Positions 1-10,833 are shown, counted from the first letter of the stretch. The stretch: DNA of 58,692 nt from Elainellaceae cyanobacterium (GCA_051117555.1 JBNPEG010000001.1:45334-104025); one strand, 5' to 3'. The notes: generated by a model from the letters alone, not told the origin. Numbers and translations are program-made.

Positions 1-25
1 GATTTTAGATTTTAGATTTTGGATT
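1..25. repeat. Heptamer short tandem repeat (GATTTTA/G), STRR-like
   Basis: gattttagattttagattttggatt at the window edge; a related array lies at ~52630-52659. Confidence 0.7.
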
Positions 26-31
26 GCAGCC

Positions 32-63
32 GTAGGGTGATGTTAGCGTCAGCGTAACGCACC
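32..63 (+). repeat. GTAG-type REP-like palindrome
   Basis: GTAG followed by imperfect hairpin ggtgatgttagc-gtca-gcgtaacgcacc, downstream of pyrC. Confidence 0.55.
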
Positions 64-97
64 ACCATGAGAGTCTCCATCACACAGCATGTCCGGT

Positions 98-1363
98 TTA
101 CCTTGCCCAGGTTTTCACCACCTTGCCGGTGATCGATTGTCCGAGCCAGGGCGTATTGGAGGAGCGAGATTTGAGCGTCTTAGGAGTCACCTGCCAGGAT
201 TCGTTTGGGTCAAACAGCACCAACTCAGCAGGGCTCATCGGCATAAGAACGGGAGGCTGCTGCCCCAAACAGTGACACGGACGGATGCTCAGGCAGTTCC
301 ACAGAGAGAGAGCTGACCAGCCTTCCTGGACGACTAGAGTTTGCCAAAGTAGTGGCAGAGCAAGCTCTAATCCGATCGCGCCGGGTGGGGTTTCTGCAAA
401 CGAAACCATTTTTTCTTCGTAGGTGTAGGGGCTATGGTCGATGGCGATCGCATCTAAGACGCCTTTTTGAAGACCTTGAATCAGGGCCTGTCGATCGTCA
501 GAATTGCCGAGCGGCGGGGCGAGTCGCAGACTCGGATCATAGCTTTGAGCATCTTCACTGCTGCACACCAGATGCATCCAGGTTGTGCTAGCCGTGATGG
601 GAATGCCCCTCTCTTTTGCGGCTTGAATCAACTCGACACCCCGTTGGGTCGATATCCGCATTAGATGAACGGGCGTTTGAATCGCGGCAATGCACTCTAG
701 CAAGGCAGCCAGAGCGGCTGTTTCAGATATAGCCGGATCGCCGGGCAGCCCAAGTTGAATGGAGACAGAACCTTCTCTCAGTGCACCGTTTCCTGCCAGT
801 TCTCGATGGTATGCCCAAAGCGCAATCGGCATGTTGAGAGGCTGAGCATACTCTAATAGCCTGCGAATCAATCCCCACTGTTGTAACGGGAGACTGTCAG
901 CCAACCCAACCACGCCTGCGGCAGCCAAGTCCCCCAGTTCTGCCATGTGGGTGCCGTTACTCCCGACGGTCAGCGATCCCCAAAACCCGATTTGAATGGC
1001 GTCAGACGACATCGACTTGACGCGCGATCGCATTAAATTCAAGCTAGCAGGCGTATCGAGCGGCGGATTGGTATCAGGTAGGATCGTCAGTCGGGTAAAC
1101 CCACCCGCTAGCGCAGCTTGACTCAGAGAATCAAGCGTTTCTCGACTCTCAAATCCGGGTTCGCCAGAGTGGCTATATAGGTCGACGAGCCCCGGCGCTA
1201 GGACCAACCCAGGCCGATCATATACCTGAGCATCATCGGGTACTGTTTCGATGCGATCGCCCATCGACTCGATACGTCCCTCGACAATCAGCACATCTGC
1301 GATGCGATCGCTCTCCATAAATGGATTTAAGACTCGGACTTGGCGCAGCAGTTCGATCGACAT
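98..1363 (-). CDS. pyrC: Dihydroorotase (amidohydrolase family, cyanobacterial type)
   Basis: APGLVDLYSHSGEPG, AALAGGFT, PDTNPPLD, IAIDHSP, SSNTPWLG motifs. Confidence 0.85.
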   Translation of the reverse strand: MSIELLRQVRVLNPFMESDRIADVLIVEGRIESMGDRIETVPDDAQVYDRPGLVLAPGLVDLYSHSGEPGFESRETLDSLSQAALAGGFTRLTILPDTNPPLDTPASLNLMRSRVKSMSSDAIQIGFWGSLTVGSNGTHMAELGDLAAAGVVGLADSLPLQQWGLIRRLLEYAQPLNMPIALWAYHRELAGNGALREGSVSIQLGLPGDPAISETAALAALLECIAAIQTPVHLMRISTQRGVELIQAAKERGIPITASTTWMHLVCSSEDAQSYDPSLRLAPPLGNSDDRQALIQGLQKGVLDAIAIDHSPYTYEEKMVSFAETPPGAIGLELALPLLWQTLVVQEGWSALSLWNCLSIRPCHCLGQQPPVLMPMSPAELVLFDPNESWQVTPKTLKSRSSNTPWLGQSITGKVVKTWAR

Positions 1364-1492
1364 GGTGGGGGCAGAAGACGCGTAGGGACGGAGAAAATTG
1401 AGCGAATTATTTTGCAGTCTGACCTCTTACACCATATCGAACAGCGTACCGTTTGCCTCAACGATGAGCGATTCCTTGCCCATTCCCTCGCC

Positions 1493-2779
1493 CTATTGAC
1501 TCAGGGCTTGAATCTGCTGATTAAAGTAGTCGATTCGGTAATTAAGCTGTCGTGCGAGCTGCAATCCTTGACGAAATGCACTGACAGCTTCGGTTGTTTC
1601 GCCCTGGATGCGATAGATTTGACCAATCGAATCGTAGGCATTCATTATGCCGTAGGTATTGTAAGACTGCTGTTCAACATCGATCAGCAATTGATAGACC
1701 ACAAGGGCGTCTTGGGGGCGATCGAGCGAAAGATACAACTCGGCAAGTCGTTGAAGTGCATCGCTAGCATAGCCATAATATTGAACCGATCGCGCGACTG
1801 CAAATGCTTCTTGATAGGTGGGTGCAGCCAGATCAGGACGATCGATGGCGAGATAGTTGTTGGCTAGCGCAATTTTGAGAGCGGGAATCTGAGTATATTG
1901 CTGAGCATTTTCATAAATGATCGCCAATTCCTGCTGTATGGCGATCGCCTGCTCAGGTTGACTGTCTTGGTCGTAGATATACGCAAGCTGTTCTAGGTGT
2001 TGAATCTCGGCTTGGCGATCGCCTAGTTCACGGGCAAGCGTGAGTAGCTGCTGATATGCCACAGCCGCGCGGGGATAATCAAACCAGGCAAGATGGAGTT
2101 CTCCCAACGCTGTGAGAGTTTGCTGTTCTAGTGGCACATTCCCCTGCTGACGAGCCTGCACCAAAATTTGGTCATACAGATTCACAGCTAAATCACGAGC
2201 CCGGAGCGATTGATACGCCTGGGCAATTTGCAGCAGCAAATCATAGTTGGGTGGGGTCTGAGCCTGGAGTTCTTGCTCAATCTCTCTAAGGCGCTGGGTG
2301 ATAATTCGCACTTCAGTCGTTTGGCTATCTTCCCAGGCGATACTCCCGACTCGGCTCAAAGCAGCCACCTCTTCTTCAACGCCCAAAACCCGTCTAAGCC
2401 GAAGTTCACGAATCCAGATGTCAAACGCCTCGTCGGCATTGCCGCTGGCATATTGCGCCTGAGCTTGCAGCCGCAGTTCTTCGAGAGCCGCGGTCAACAC
2501 TCGACGCTCTTGTGGGCTGAGTGGGCGATCGACGACCAGACGAGGCAGTAACGGATCAGATTCGTCGACATCGAGCGGACTGGGCGGGAATGATTCAAGT
2601 TGTTCTGGCTGGGGAACGTCCTGTGCAGGTGCTTGAGGAAGGTCTTGAGCCGGCTCCTGAGCGTCTTGGACAGGTTCTTGAGCTAACCCATGAGGAGATC
2701 CTGCCAATATGCTCGCGGCGATCGCGCCCACCAAACTTCCTTTCCACAGGGAATGCCAACAGACTGAGTGTAAAATCAT
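1493..2779 (-). CDS. Secreted tetratricopeptide-repeat protein
   Basis: Signal-like N-terminus, Q/P-rich linker (AQEPVQDAQEPAQDLPQAPAQDVPQ), repeated TPR-like helices; ATG at 2779 preferred over the track start at 2866. Confidence 0.7.
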   Translation of the reverse strand: MILHSVCWHSLWKGSLVGAIAASILAGSPHGLAQEPVQDAQEPAQDLPQAPAQDVPQPEQLESFPPSPLDVDESDPLLPRLVVDRPLSPQERRVLTAALEELRLQAQAQYASGNADEAFDIWIRELRLRRVLGVEEEVAALSRVGSIAWEDSQTTEVRIITQRLREIEQELQAQTPPNYDLLLQIAQAYQSLRARDLAVNLYDQILVQARQQGNVPLEQQTLTALGELHLAWFDYPRAAVAYQQLLTLARELGDRQAEIQHLEQLAYIYDQDSQPEQAIAIQQELAIIYENAQQYTQIPALKIALANNYLAIDRPDLAAPTYQEAFAVARSVQYYGYASDALQRLAELYLSLDRPQDALVVYQLLIDVEQQSYNTYGIMNAYDSIGQIYRIQGETTEAVSAFRQGLQLARQLNYRIDYFNQQIQALSQ

Positions 2780-2982
2780 GGGTCCTGCTTTGATCAAAGA
2801 AAGACGTGAATCTAGTAATAAATTTAGACGTAGAGCCCAGGTTGTCTCAACCGCAAGCAACCGCATTTCGTCTGAACTCTTACTAGCTTACATAACGATA
2901 ATAGATGGATTGATTCCCAATCGACCTGTTTATACTTACTGTCTCGTTGCTCAGTCTCCAGGCAAATTGAACGAATTTCCTG

Positions 2983-3064
2983 TATAGGTTTGTGTAGTGA
3001 GATCCCGCGCCGCGCGGGGGCTCACTACAGGGTCAACGTCCTAACGCGAGAGCATACGGCTATA
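2983..3064 (+). repeat. Dispersed repeat family A, copy 1 (5'-degenerate)
   Basis: Central GC hairpin and 3' motif gtcaacgtcctaacgcgagagcatacggctata shared with other copies. Confidence 0.75.
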
Positions 3065-3221
3065 AATGGGTTCAGATTCATAGAACCTGGCAATGGGGTA
3101 TCTATCTACGCAGCTACCAGGTGATTGAAGGCACGTCAGATCTAAATTCAAAGGTGACGTGAACATGGCATAATAAAATGCATTTTGGATTGTGTATTAA
3201 CGTCTATCAGCAGGGGACATT

Positions 3222-4502
3222 GTGAGAGTACTAGTTGTTGGCAGCGGAGGTCGAGAACACGCTCTTGCTTGGAAGTTATCCCAATCAGAGAAGATTCGAG
3301 AAGTTTTTTGTGTTCCCGGCAATGGCGGCACGGCTAAACTACCGAAATGTCGAAATCTAGCGCTTGGAGTCCATGATTTTGAGGGAATCGGACGACTTTC
3401 TCTGGTTCATAATGTTGCTGTTGTTATTGTCGGCCCCGAAGATCCCTTAGCAGCGGGCATTACCGATTACCTTAACGCACAGGGAGTGATTGTCTTTGGC
3501 CCCACACAAGCGGGAGCGCAGATTGAGTCGAGTAAGTCTTGGGCAAAATCGTTGATGCAAGACGCAGGGATTCCAACTGCACAGGCCGTCCTATTCACGG
3601 AGCCTCAAAAGGCGAAAGCATACGTGAATGCTCAGGGTGCGCCTATTGTGGTCAAAGCAGATGGGCTGGCATCTGGGAAAGGCGTGACGGTTGCTCCTAC
3701 GGTTGAATCTGCTGAAGCTGCAATCGAGGAGTCGTTTGGCGGACGATTTGGCGAGGCAGGAAAGCAGATTGTCATCGAGGAATATTTGACGGGGCAGGAG
3801 GTATCGGTCTTAGCGGTTACCGATGGGCTGACGATTCGCCCGTTGCTGCCGGCTCAAGACCATAAGCCCATTGGCGAAGGAGACACGGGCGCAAATACGG
3901 GCGGCATGGGAGCCTATGCGCCGACTCCCCTGGTCACCACGGCGCTGATTGATCGCATTCAGCAAGATATTCTCGAACCTGCGATCGCCACCCTACAAAC
4001 TCGGGGGATTGATTACCGGGGTGTGTTATATGCAGGTTTGATGATCACCCCAGACGGACATCCAAAGGTGATTGAGTTTAACTGCCGCTTTGGTGATCCT
4101 GAAACACAAGTCGTATTACCGCTCTTAGAAACACCGTTAGAAGACGTGATGCTCGCCTGTGCTCAGCAACGGTTGGCACAGCTTCCCCCGATCGCCTGGA
4201 AATCAGGCGCGGCTGCCTGTGTTGTGATGGCATCGGGCGGATATCCAGACGCTTATTCTAAGGGATGCACGATCACAGGACTGAGCGAGGCGGAAGAAAC
4301 GGGGGCAACGGTTTTCCACGCAGGAACCCGAATCAATCAGAACCAGCTTGTTACAGACGGGGGGCGAGTATTAGGCGTAACGGGAATGGGAGAGACATTT
4401 GAAGGGGCGATCGCCCATGCCTATCGGGCAGTTGAGTGCATCCAATTTGAGGGAGCTTATTATCGCCGAGATATTGGGTATCGAGTACTCCAGCGATCCT
4501 GA
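3222..4502 (+). CDS. purD: Phosphoribosylamine--glycine ligase
   Basis: VVGSGGREHAL, VKADGLASGKGV, GANTGGMGAY, EFNCRFGDPE. Confidence 0.97.
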   Translation: MRVLVVGSGGREHALAWKLSQSEKIREVFCVPGNGGTAKLPKCRNLALGVHDFEGIGRLSLVHNVAVVIVGPEDPLAAGITDYLNAQGVIVFGPTQAGAQIESSKSWAKSLMQDAGIPTAQAVLFTEPQKAKAYVNAQGAPIVVKADGLASGKGVTVAPTVESAEAAIEESFGGRFGEAGKQIVIEEYLTGQEVSVLAVTDGLTIRPLLPAQDHKPIGEGDTGANTGGMGAYAPTPLVTTALIDRIQQDILEPAIATLQTRGIDYRGVLYAGLMITPDGHPKVIEFNCRFGDPETQVVLPLLETPLEDVMLACAQQRLAQLPPIAWKSGAAACVVMASGGYPDAYSKGCTITGLSEAEETGATVFHAGTRINQNQLVTDGGRVLGVTGMGETFEGAIAHAYRAVECIQFEGAYYRRDIGYRVLQRS

Positions 4503-4651
4503 GATTATGCACATTTATATAGTCTGATTTACAAGTGCGATCGCCGGGATGACCGTTAGCGTGTAACAATAAAAGCGAAACCAATTGAATACAATTGTGT
4601 TTTGATTTAGCGCAAACGTCGCGAGTTACGTTTGATTCCTGCGAGTATAAA

Positions 4652-6721
4652 TTGTTAGCTCTACTCAACCAAATTCGAGAAATCTTTGCTAGATGGTGGT
4701 CGGAATTCACCCTCCAGACCCGCCTAATGGCGGCTGCCACGCTGGTCGTCTCGCTGATCATGAGCGGTCTGACCTTCTGGGCAGTCAACACAATCCAGCA
4801 AGATGCGCGTCTGAACGACACTCGGTTTGGGCGCGATTTGGGATTGCTGCTGGCCGCGAATGTTGCGCCCCTGATCGGTGAAGACAATCGCACCGAGCTC
4901 GCTCGATTTTCTCATCGATTTTACAGCAGTACGTCGAGCATCCGCTACATGCTCTACGCCGACGAAGATGGCAATATCTTTTTCGGCATTCCATTTTCTG
5001 AGTCTGAGGTGCAAAATTCTTTGACCATTCGGCGGCGAATGCAGTTGCCAGAGAGTTACACCGAGAATATCGATACCCCGATGGTGCGGCAGCATCTTAC
5101 TCCCGATGGTCAGGTAACGGATGTGTTTGTGCCGCTCAACCACAACGGCAACTATCTGGGCGTTTTGGCGATCGGCATTAATCCCAATCCAACGGTTGTT
5201 GCCTCGTCTCACCTGACGCGAGACGTAACGATTGCCGTGTTTGTCTCAATTTGGGTGATGGTCATCTTAGGGGCAGTGTTCAATGCCTTAACGATTACCA
5301 AACCGATCAAGGAATTGCTCGTTGGCGTCAAAAATATTGCGGCTGGAAACTTTAAGCAGCGCATTGATCTGCCGCTCGGAGGCGAACTCGGAGAGCTCAT
5401 TCTCAATTTCAACGAGATGGCAGAGCGCCTGGAGCGCTACGAAGAGCAAAATATCGAAGAACTCACGGCAGAAAAGGCGAAACTAGAAACTCTGGTTGCA
5501 ACCATTGCAGATGGTGCGGTCTTGCTTGATGCCGATATGCATGTCGTCCTGGCAAATCCGACTGCCCGTCGCCTGTTTGGGTGGGAGGGCTATGACGACG
5601 TGCTGTCATCAAACGTGCTCGACTTCTTGCCGGCCCCCGTCAAGGCAGAGCTAGGGCATCCGCTGTATAAGATTGCCATGGGTGGGTTTCATACCGAGCA
5701 TCTGCGTGAACGAGAAGCCACCGAATTTCGAATTACGTTTCCAGAACCCACTCGTCGCACCGTTCGGATTTTACTTACGACGGTCCTCGATCAGGCAAAA
5801 GAGCATCTGAAAGGCATCGCCATTACGGTGCAAGATATTACTCGTGAGGTTGAGCTTAACGAAGCAAAAAGTCAGTTTATTAGCAACGTGTCTCACGAGC
5901 TTAGGACCCCTCTTTTTAATATCAAGTCATTCATTGAAACCCTGCACGACTACGGCGAAGATTTAACGGACACCGAACGACGAGAATTTCTGGATACCGC
6001 CAATCGGGAAACGGATCGCTTGACGCGCTTAGTGAATGATGTGCTGGACTTGTCTCGACTCGAGTCGAACCGACGCTATCGATTTGAAGCGGTTGAAATC
6101 GCCCAAGCTGTTGAGCAGACGCTGCGCACCTACCAACTCAACGCTAGAGATAAAGGCATCGAACTGATCCAAGATCTGGATCCAGATTTGCCTCCTGTAT
6201 TTGGCAACTACGATTTGTTGTTGCAGGTCTTTGCCAATTTGATTGGGAATGCGCTCAAATTTACACAACCGGGCGGATATGCAGCAATTCGGGCATATCA
6301 GCTAGAGCAACCGGGCGATCGCACCAATTTACCCAGCCATGTCCGCATCGAAATCTCAGATACCGGAATTGGCATAGACCCTGATGATCAAGAAGCAATT
6401 TTCGATCGCTTCTTCCGCGTCGAGAATCGAGTTCACACGTTAGAAGGCACGGGGCTTGGATTGTCTATCGTGCGCAATATTATTGAAAAACATCACAGCT
6501 CAGTTCATCTAATCAGTGAGGTCGGTGTTGGTACGACCTTTTGGTTTGATTTATCGGTTTATGAAGACGGAATATCGGTTTTAGATGACCGCAAAAGGCT
6601 GGATAGAGCCAAAGTTTCTCAGGAATCAAATTCTACGATACCGGTTGACGCTGCGGAGTCGATGGAAATCAGCCCACTCGCATTCACCTCAGTAAACGCA
6701 GATACGCTAACGAATGATTGA
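4652..6721 (+). CDS. nblS: Multi-stress sensor histidine kinase Hik33/NblS/DspA
   Basis: WWSEFTLQTRLMAAAT N-terminus, 2 TM, HAMP, PAS, NVSHELRTPL H-box, HATPase; follows purD as in other cyanobacteria; TTG start at 4652 inferred. Confidence 0.93.
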   Translation: MLALLNQIREIFARWWSEFTLQTRLMAAATLVVSLIMSGLTFWAVNTIQQDARLNDTRFGRDLGLLLAANVAPLIGEDNRTELARFSHRFYSSTSSIRYMLYADEDGNIFFGIPFSESEVQNSLTIRRRMQLPESYTENIDTPMVRQHLTPDGQVTDVFVPLNHNGNYLGVLAIGINPNPTVVASSHLTRDVTIAVFVSIWVMVILGAVFNALTITKPIKELLVGVKNIAAGNFKQRIDLPLGGELGELILNFNEMAERLERYEEQNIEELTAEKAKLETLVATIADGAVLLDADMHVVLANPTARRLFGWEGYDDVLSSNVLDFLPAPVKAELGHPLYKIAMGGFHTEHLREREATEFRITFPEPTRRTVRILLTTVLDQAKEHLKGIAITVQDITREVELNEAKSQFISNVSHELRTPLFNIKSFIETLHDYGEDLTDTERREFLDTANRETDRLTRLVNDVLDLSRLESNRRYRFEAVEIAQAVEQTLRTYQLNARDKGIELIQDLDPDLPPVFGNYDLLLQVFANLIGNALKFTQPGGYAAIRAYQLEQPGDRTNLPSHVRIEISDTGIGIDPDDQEAIFDRFFRVENRVHTLEGTGLGLSIVRNIIEKHHSSVHLISEVGVGTTFWFDLSVYEDGISVLDDRKRLDRAKVSQESNSTIPVDAAESMEISPLAFTSVNADTLTND

Positions 6722-6728
6722 CTGCAAC

Positions 6729-7508
6729 TTAATGATTGACCAAGACTGATTCTTGAGGGGGGCCTCTCAGCAAATCAGTGATTTCTTCCCGATAGTCTTG
6801 GAAATCAGCTTGGCGGCGAATGTGATAGTCGCGGTCAACCGGTAAGCAAATGGATGTTTCTCGCTGAACTGTCCCCGGACGCGCTGACAACGTGTAGATT
6901 CGCTGAGCTAAGAATACAGCTTCGTCAACATCGTGGGTAATCATCAAAATGGTTGTGTGGGTGCGTCGCCAAATCTGAAGCAGAAATTGTTGCATGGCTT
7001 CTTTGGTCTGCACGTCTAGCGCTCCAAACGGCTCATCCATCAGCAGCACCTTCGGCTGCGACGCTAGCGCACGGGCGATCGCCACCCGTTGTTTCATGCC
7101 GCCTGATAGCTCTTTAGGATGAGATGTGGCAAACTGCGCGAGCCCGACCACATCCAGATAATACGAGACTTGCTCCCGACGAATTGATTTTGAAACACCT
7201 CTAAGCTTTAGGCCAAACCCTACATTATCTGCGACCGTCATCCAGGGATATAGCGTATAGCGTTGAAACACCATGCCTCGATCGGCTCCAGGCCCAATCA
7301 CAGGAACTCCATCGACAGCGATGTTTCCTGCCGTTGGCAGATCTAATCCTGCGATCAGTCGCAGCAGAGTTGACTTACCTGATCCCGATGCACCCACGAC
7401 ACAGACGAATTCACCCGTTTTGACATGCAAATTGATATCTTTCAAGGCAACTAGAGGACCTTGACGCGTTTCGAATTGCTTATAGAGATGAGAGACTTCG
7501 AGGTGCAT
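6729..7508 (-). CDS. ABC transporter ATP-binding protein (NitT/TauT family; guanidine-cluster importer)
   Basis: GASGSGKST Walker A, LSGGMKQR, LLMDEPFGALD. Confidence 0.92.
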   Translation of the reverse strand: MHLEVSHLYKQFETRQGPLVALKDINLHVKTGEFVCVVGASGSGKSTLLRLIAGLDLPTAGNIAVDGVPVIGPGADRGMVFQRYTLYPWMTVADNVGFGLKLRGVSKSIRREQVSYYLDVVGLAQFATSHPKELSGGMKQRVAIARALASQPKVLLMDEPFGALDVQTKEAMQQFLLQIWRRTHTTILMITHDVDEAVFLAQRIYTLSARPGTVQRETSICLPVDRDYHIRRQADFQDYREEITDLLRGPPQESVLVNH

Positions 7509-7613
7509 ACATTTAAGGAGATCAGCAGGGCAGAGAGTAGGGGAGAGAGAATTGCTAAGAAATGCTTGGGGGGGAGACCAGTTCGGCGACCTCTAAGGCA
7601 CCCTCTACTCGCA

Positions 7614-8456
7614 CTAATCAAATGCCCATTTACAGGTAGAGCGCAGCAGCCAGCGTAATGAGAGATCGAGCACAAATCCAATTAGCCCCAGAATGATTAG
7701 GCAGGCAAAGATTTCATCCGTTCTAAAGAACTTTTGAGCGATTTCGATGCGTTTGCCTAAGCCGCTTTCGGCGGCAACCAGTTCAGCAACGACGACTAAA
7801 TTCCAGGCTGCCGCCATGTTGATGCGGAAGGTGTCGAGGATATTGGGCACTACATACGGTGTGATCACCTGAAACAGAATTTGACGCCTTAAACCACCCA
7901 GCGTATAGGTGGTTTCAATCAAATCTTTGGGGACAAACTTGACCGCATCCATAATCATCAGAATGTTATAAAACACGACTCCGATGAAAATTAGCGCGAG
8001 CTTAGGCTCTTCACCTAAGCCGAGATAGATAATCAGCAGGGGGATAAACGCCGGTGCAGGCATATAGCGCATAATGCCGATGATGGGTTCTAGCATCGAA
8101 CGAACACTGGCAAACGCTCCCATCGAAATCCCAATGGGGACAGAGATAATCGCCGCTAAGATAAACCCGCCGACCACCCGAAGAAAGCTTGCTAGCGTGT
8201 CACTCAGCAGAAACCCTTGCTGCCAAAGCTCTCCGATTGCAGTCGCTACTTGCACCGGGCTAGGGAGAAACTTTGGATTCACGATTCCAAGGCTAGACAC
8301 GACCCACCAGAGACCGAAAGGAACGGCTACTGATAGCCCAGTGAGTACCCAACTGAGCGATCGCGGCACATCTTCAGCAATCCGCCAAAAAACGGTGGGT
8401 CTTGATGCCTGATGCTCTAACGTGGGTTGTGCAGATTCAGCAGATAGGTGGGTCAC
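7614..8456 (-). CDS. ABC transporter permease (NitT/TauT family)
   Basis: Multiple TM helices, FLPSP, AWNLVVVAELVAAESGLG. Confidence 0.9.
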   Translation of the reverse strand: MTHLSAESAQPTLEHQASRPTVFWRIAEDVPRSLSWVLTGLSVAVPFGLWWVVSSLGIVNPKFLPSPVQVATAIGELWQQGFLLSDTLASFLRVVGGFILAAIISVPIGISMGAFASVRSMLEPIIGIMRYMPAPAFIPLLIIYLGLGEEPKLALIFIGVVFYNILMIMDAVKFVPKDLIETTYTLGGLRRQILFQVITPYVVPNILDTFRINMAAAWNLVVVAELVAAESGLGKRIEIAQKFFRTDEIFACLIILGLIGFVLDLSLRWLLRSTCKWAFD

Positions 8457-8514
8457 GGCTAACGCAATAAAGAACTCTAACGCTCACGCTAAATTGGGGT
8501 CAATTGAAGAGCCG

Positions 8515-9561
8515 TTACTGAGACTCAGCATAGGCCTGGACAAATTGATCGTCTAGCACAGCATCCAAATCGGGTGCTTCTGGAATAAACCCAACCTGCA
8601 CCATGAAATCAGCCATGACCTCAGCAGCATAGGGCATGTGCTCCATAGTATCGCCGGGGGAAAACGCTTCTAAATTTTCTTCCAGCGTAAAAATCTCAGT
8701 TCCCTCCAGATATTTATTAAACTCATCTGAGCTAATACTGGCACGCTCTGCCATGATTTCATTGGCTTGATCCGGATTTTCGTCCATAAACGCGAGAATA
8801 TCAAACCAGGTATCTACCAAGGCTTGAACCTGATCAGGCTGCTCATCGATTAGGGTTTGACTCACCACAAGTAAATCTGGAATTGCTCCTGGAAATTCTT
8901 TAGAACTTACTAATTCCTTGCTGCCGTCTCGCTCTAATGCAGTTTCCCAGAAAGGAACCCATCCAGCGAACGCATCAACCTGGCCCGCAGCGAATGCGGC
9001 GGCGGCTGCTCCAGTTTCTAGGTTCTTGATTTGAACATTTTCACGAGATAGCCCTGCCTCTTCGAGGGACAGGGTTAATAGAAAGTCTCCGACTACGCCT
9101 TCTTCGAGCGCGATGGTCTTGCCTTGTAGGTCTTCGACTGAGCCAATTTCCTCCGAGACGATGATCTTATCGTTGCCCGCCGAGTTGTCATTGACCAGTA
9201 CGGCAACTTCACCGTTCACGGCATCGCCAGCAAATGAGATGGTGTCATTGAGGGTTTGGCAGTTTGCATCGAGCTGCCCTGCGGCAAGGGCTTCCATCGA
9301 TGACAAATAGCCATCAAACCAGATGAGCTCGACATTGGCACCGTTTGCTTCGAACAGTCCTTCCTTTTCAGCGATCGCCCAAGGCCACCACCCTGCCCAA
9401 CTGCTGTATCCCATCTTGATGGGCTCTCCGCTGACTTCAGCAGTTTCGGGTGTCGTAGAGTCATCGGTTGCTGACGGCTCGGGAGACTGAGCGCAACTGA
9501 CAACAACTAGAAGGCTGCAAACAAAGGCTGCACATAGCGGTAAAAGCTTTCGGATATTCAT
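8515..9561 (-). CDS. ABC transporter substrate-binding lipoprotein (probable guanidine-type, Sll1080-like)
   Basis: Lipobox VVSC, GYSSWAGWWPW, NDNSAGNDKI; SD-like GAGAGGTGAG before ATG 9561; linked to gdmH. Confidence 0.85.
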   Translation of the reverse strand: MNIRKLLPLCAAFVCSLLVVVSCAQSPEPSATDDSTTPETAEVSGEPIKMGYSSWAGWWPWAIAEKEGLFEANGANVELIWFDGYLSSMEALAAGQLDANCQTLNDTISFAGDAVNGEVAVLVNDNSAGNDKIIVSEEIGSVEDLQGKTIALEEGVVGDFLLTLSLEEAGLSRENVQIKNLETGAAAAAFAAGQVDAFAGWVPFWETALERDGSKELVSSKEFPGAIPDLLVVSQTLIDEQPDQVQALVDTWFDILAFMDENPDQANEIMAERASISSDEFNKYLEGTEIFTLEENLEAFSPGDTMEHMPYAAEVMADFMVQVGFIPEAPDLDAVLDDQFVQAYAESQ

Positions 9562-9619
9562 CTCACCTCTCACAACATCTACTATCTACCGTACGACTTA
9601 GAAGCGTTTGACTATTACT

Positions 9620-9676
9620 AGCATTTTGCTTACTGAGCATTTTGCCTACTGAGCATTTTGCTTACTGAGCATTTTG
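9620..9676. repeat. 16-bp tandem repeat, ~3.5 copies
   Basis: agcattttgc(t/c)tactg x3 plus agcattttg. Confidence 0.9.
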
Positions 9677-9725
9677 TCGGTTCGTACCATTTCGTGGCTG
9701 TATTCACGCCCTGCATACGAAGAAA

Positions 9726-9787
9726 TATAGCGGTATGCGCTTGGGTTAAGTACGGTAGTGTACTTGACGCAATGGCACATTGCTATA
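9726..9787. repeat. TATAGC-bounded miniature repeat family B
   Basis: Both ends resemble the reverse complement of the element at 31479-31571. Confidence 0.6.
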
Positions 9788-9829
9788 TGTATCCAGTTCA
9801 ATTTCAATAAACATATAGACTTCCTGTCG

Positions 9830-9872
9830 AGGATAGAAGCTGTAGAACACCAAGATTGTTGTGATCAATACA
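9830..9872 (-). promoter_or_regulatory. Putative NtcA-activated promoter of the ABC importer
   Basis: Minus strand GTA-TTGATCAC-AAC, 22 nt, then TATCCT (TA-N3-T); one mismatch to GTA-N8-TAC. Confidence 0.65.
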
Positions 9873-10129
9873 TTCTGTGAGTCTTTTTACTAAATCATTA
9901 ATCTAAAAACGTAGAAACTGCTCCATACATTTTTAGAGTGGGCTTAAGCTACTACCGTCGTAAACGACATTGCAAATAATTGAGATTACATTGAGGTTAC
10001 GTGGGCGAAGCAGTATCAAAATCAGGGCGGTGTTGATTGGGTGGATCGTACGTTCTCAGGGTAAGACGTCGGGACGGTTCTACATTTTCCAACCCCAGGC
10101 ATTGCACCAGAGGCGTCGCAGCCAATGCC

Positions 10130-10618
10130 CTACACAAGCGTGTATTTATACTCAGCTTTTAACAGCTTTAAGGTGATTTGAGACTCGTAGTGGATGATGC
10201 CATCTACGCGATGGAGTTTGTCAAAAAAGGCGAGCAAGTCTTCGTGCGTCCCAAAATAAATGTCAACCACAATATTGAATCGCCCGGTCGTAATCGCAAC
10301 AAATCTCACTTCATCGAGTTGAGCAAGGGTCTCGGCAACCTCATCGACTTTTCCGCTTTCAGCATTCAGCGAGACGATCAAGAAATGGGGCATCCCCAGT
10401 TTTTCTGGATTAGGCCACGCCAAAACTTTAATCACACCCGATTGCAATAGCCGCTGGACACGATATCGGGCAGTTGCTTCGGGGATATTGAGCCGTTTTG
10501 CAATCTCGGTAAATGCCATCCGACCATCGAGGCGCAGCAAGTCGATCACATGTTGATCGATGGGGTCAAGAGGCGTGTTGTTAGGATTTGATTTTGAGTC
10601 ACTCAAGAGCATAGTCAC
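10130..10618 (-). CDS. Lrp/AsnC family transcriptional regulator
   Basis: LDPIDQHVIDLLRLDGRMAFTEIAKRLNIPEATARYRVQRL HTH plus C-terminal RAM domain (AITTGRFNI). Confidence 0.92.
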   Translation of the reverse strand: MTMLLSDSKSNPNNTPLDPIDQHVIDLLRLDGRMAFTEIAKRLNIPEATARYRVQRLLQSGVIKVLAWPNPEKLGMPHFLIVSLNAESGKVDEVAETLAQLDEVRFVAITTGRFNIVVDIYFGTHEDLLAFFDKLHRVDGIIHYESQITLKLLKAEYKYTLV

Positions 10619-10833
10619 ATAGATAGACTGCTTAATATTGCATTTCGTTGATAAATTAAATCATCACAATATTTATCATGATTCCTCAATTTTCTAACAC
10701 AAAATTACGTCAGTAACAATTCAAACAGTTTTAGATTAATGAATTCATTACTATTAAAAGTTGACGAAGAACAGCGCTGTTATACCGCGTTATACCGCGG
10801 CGTTTTGTAGGCATTTGGGCCGAAGGAGGGAGG

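Noticed and set aside
9620..9676. Possible mini-CRISPR
   Set aside because: Repeats are head-to-tail with no spacers, and no cas genes are present.
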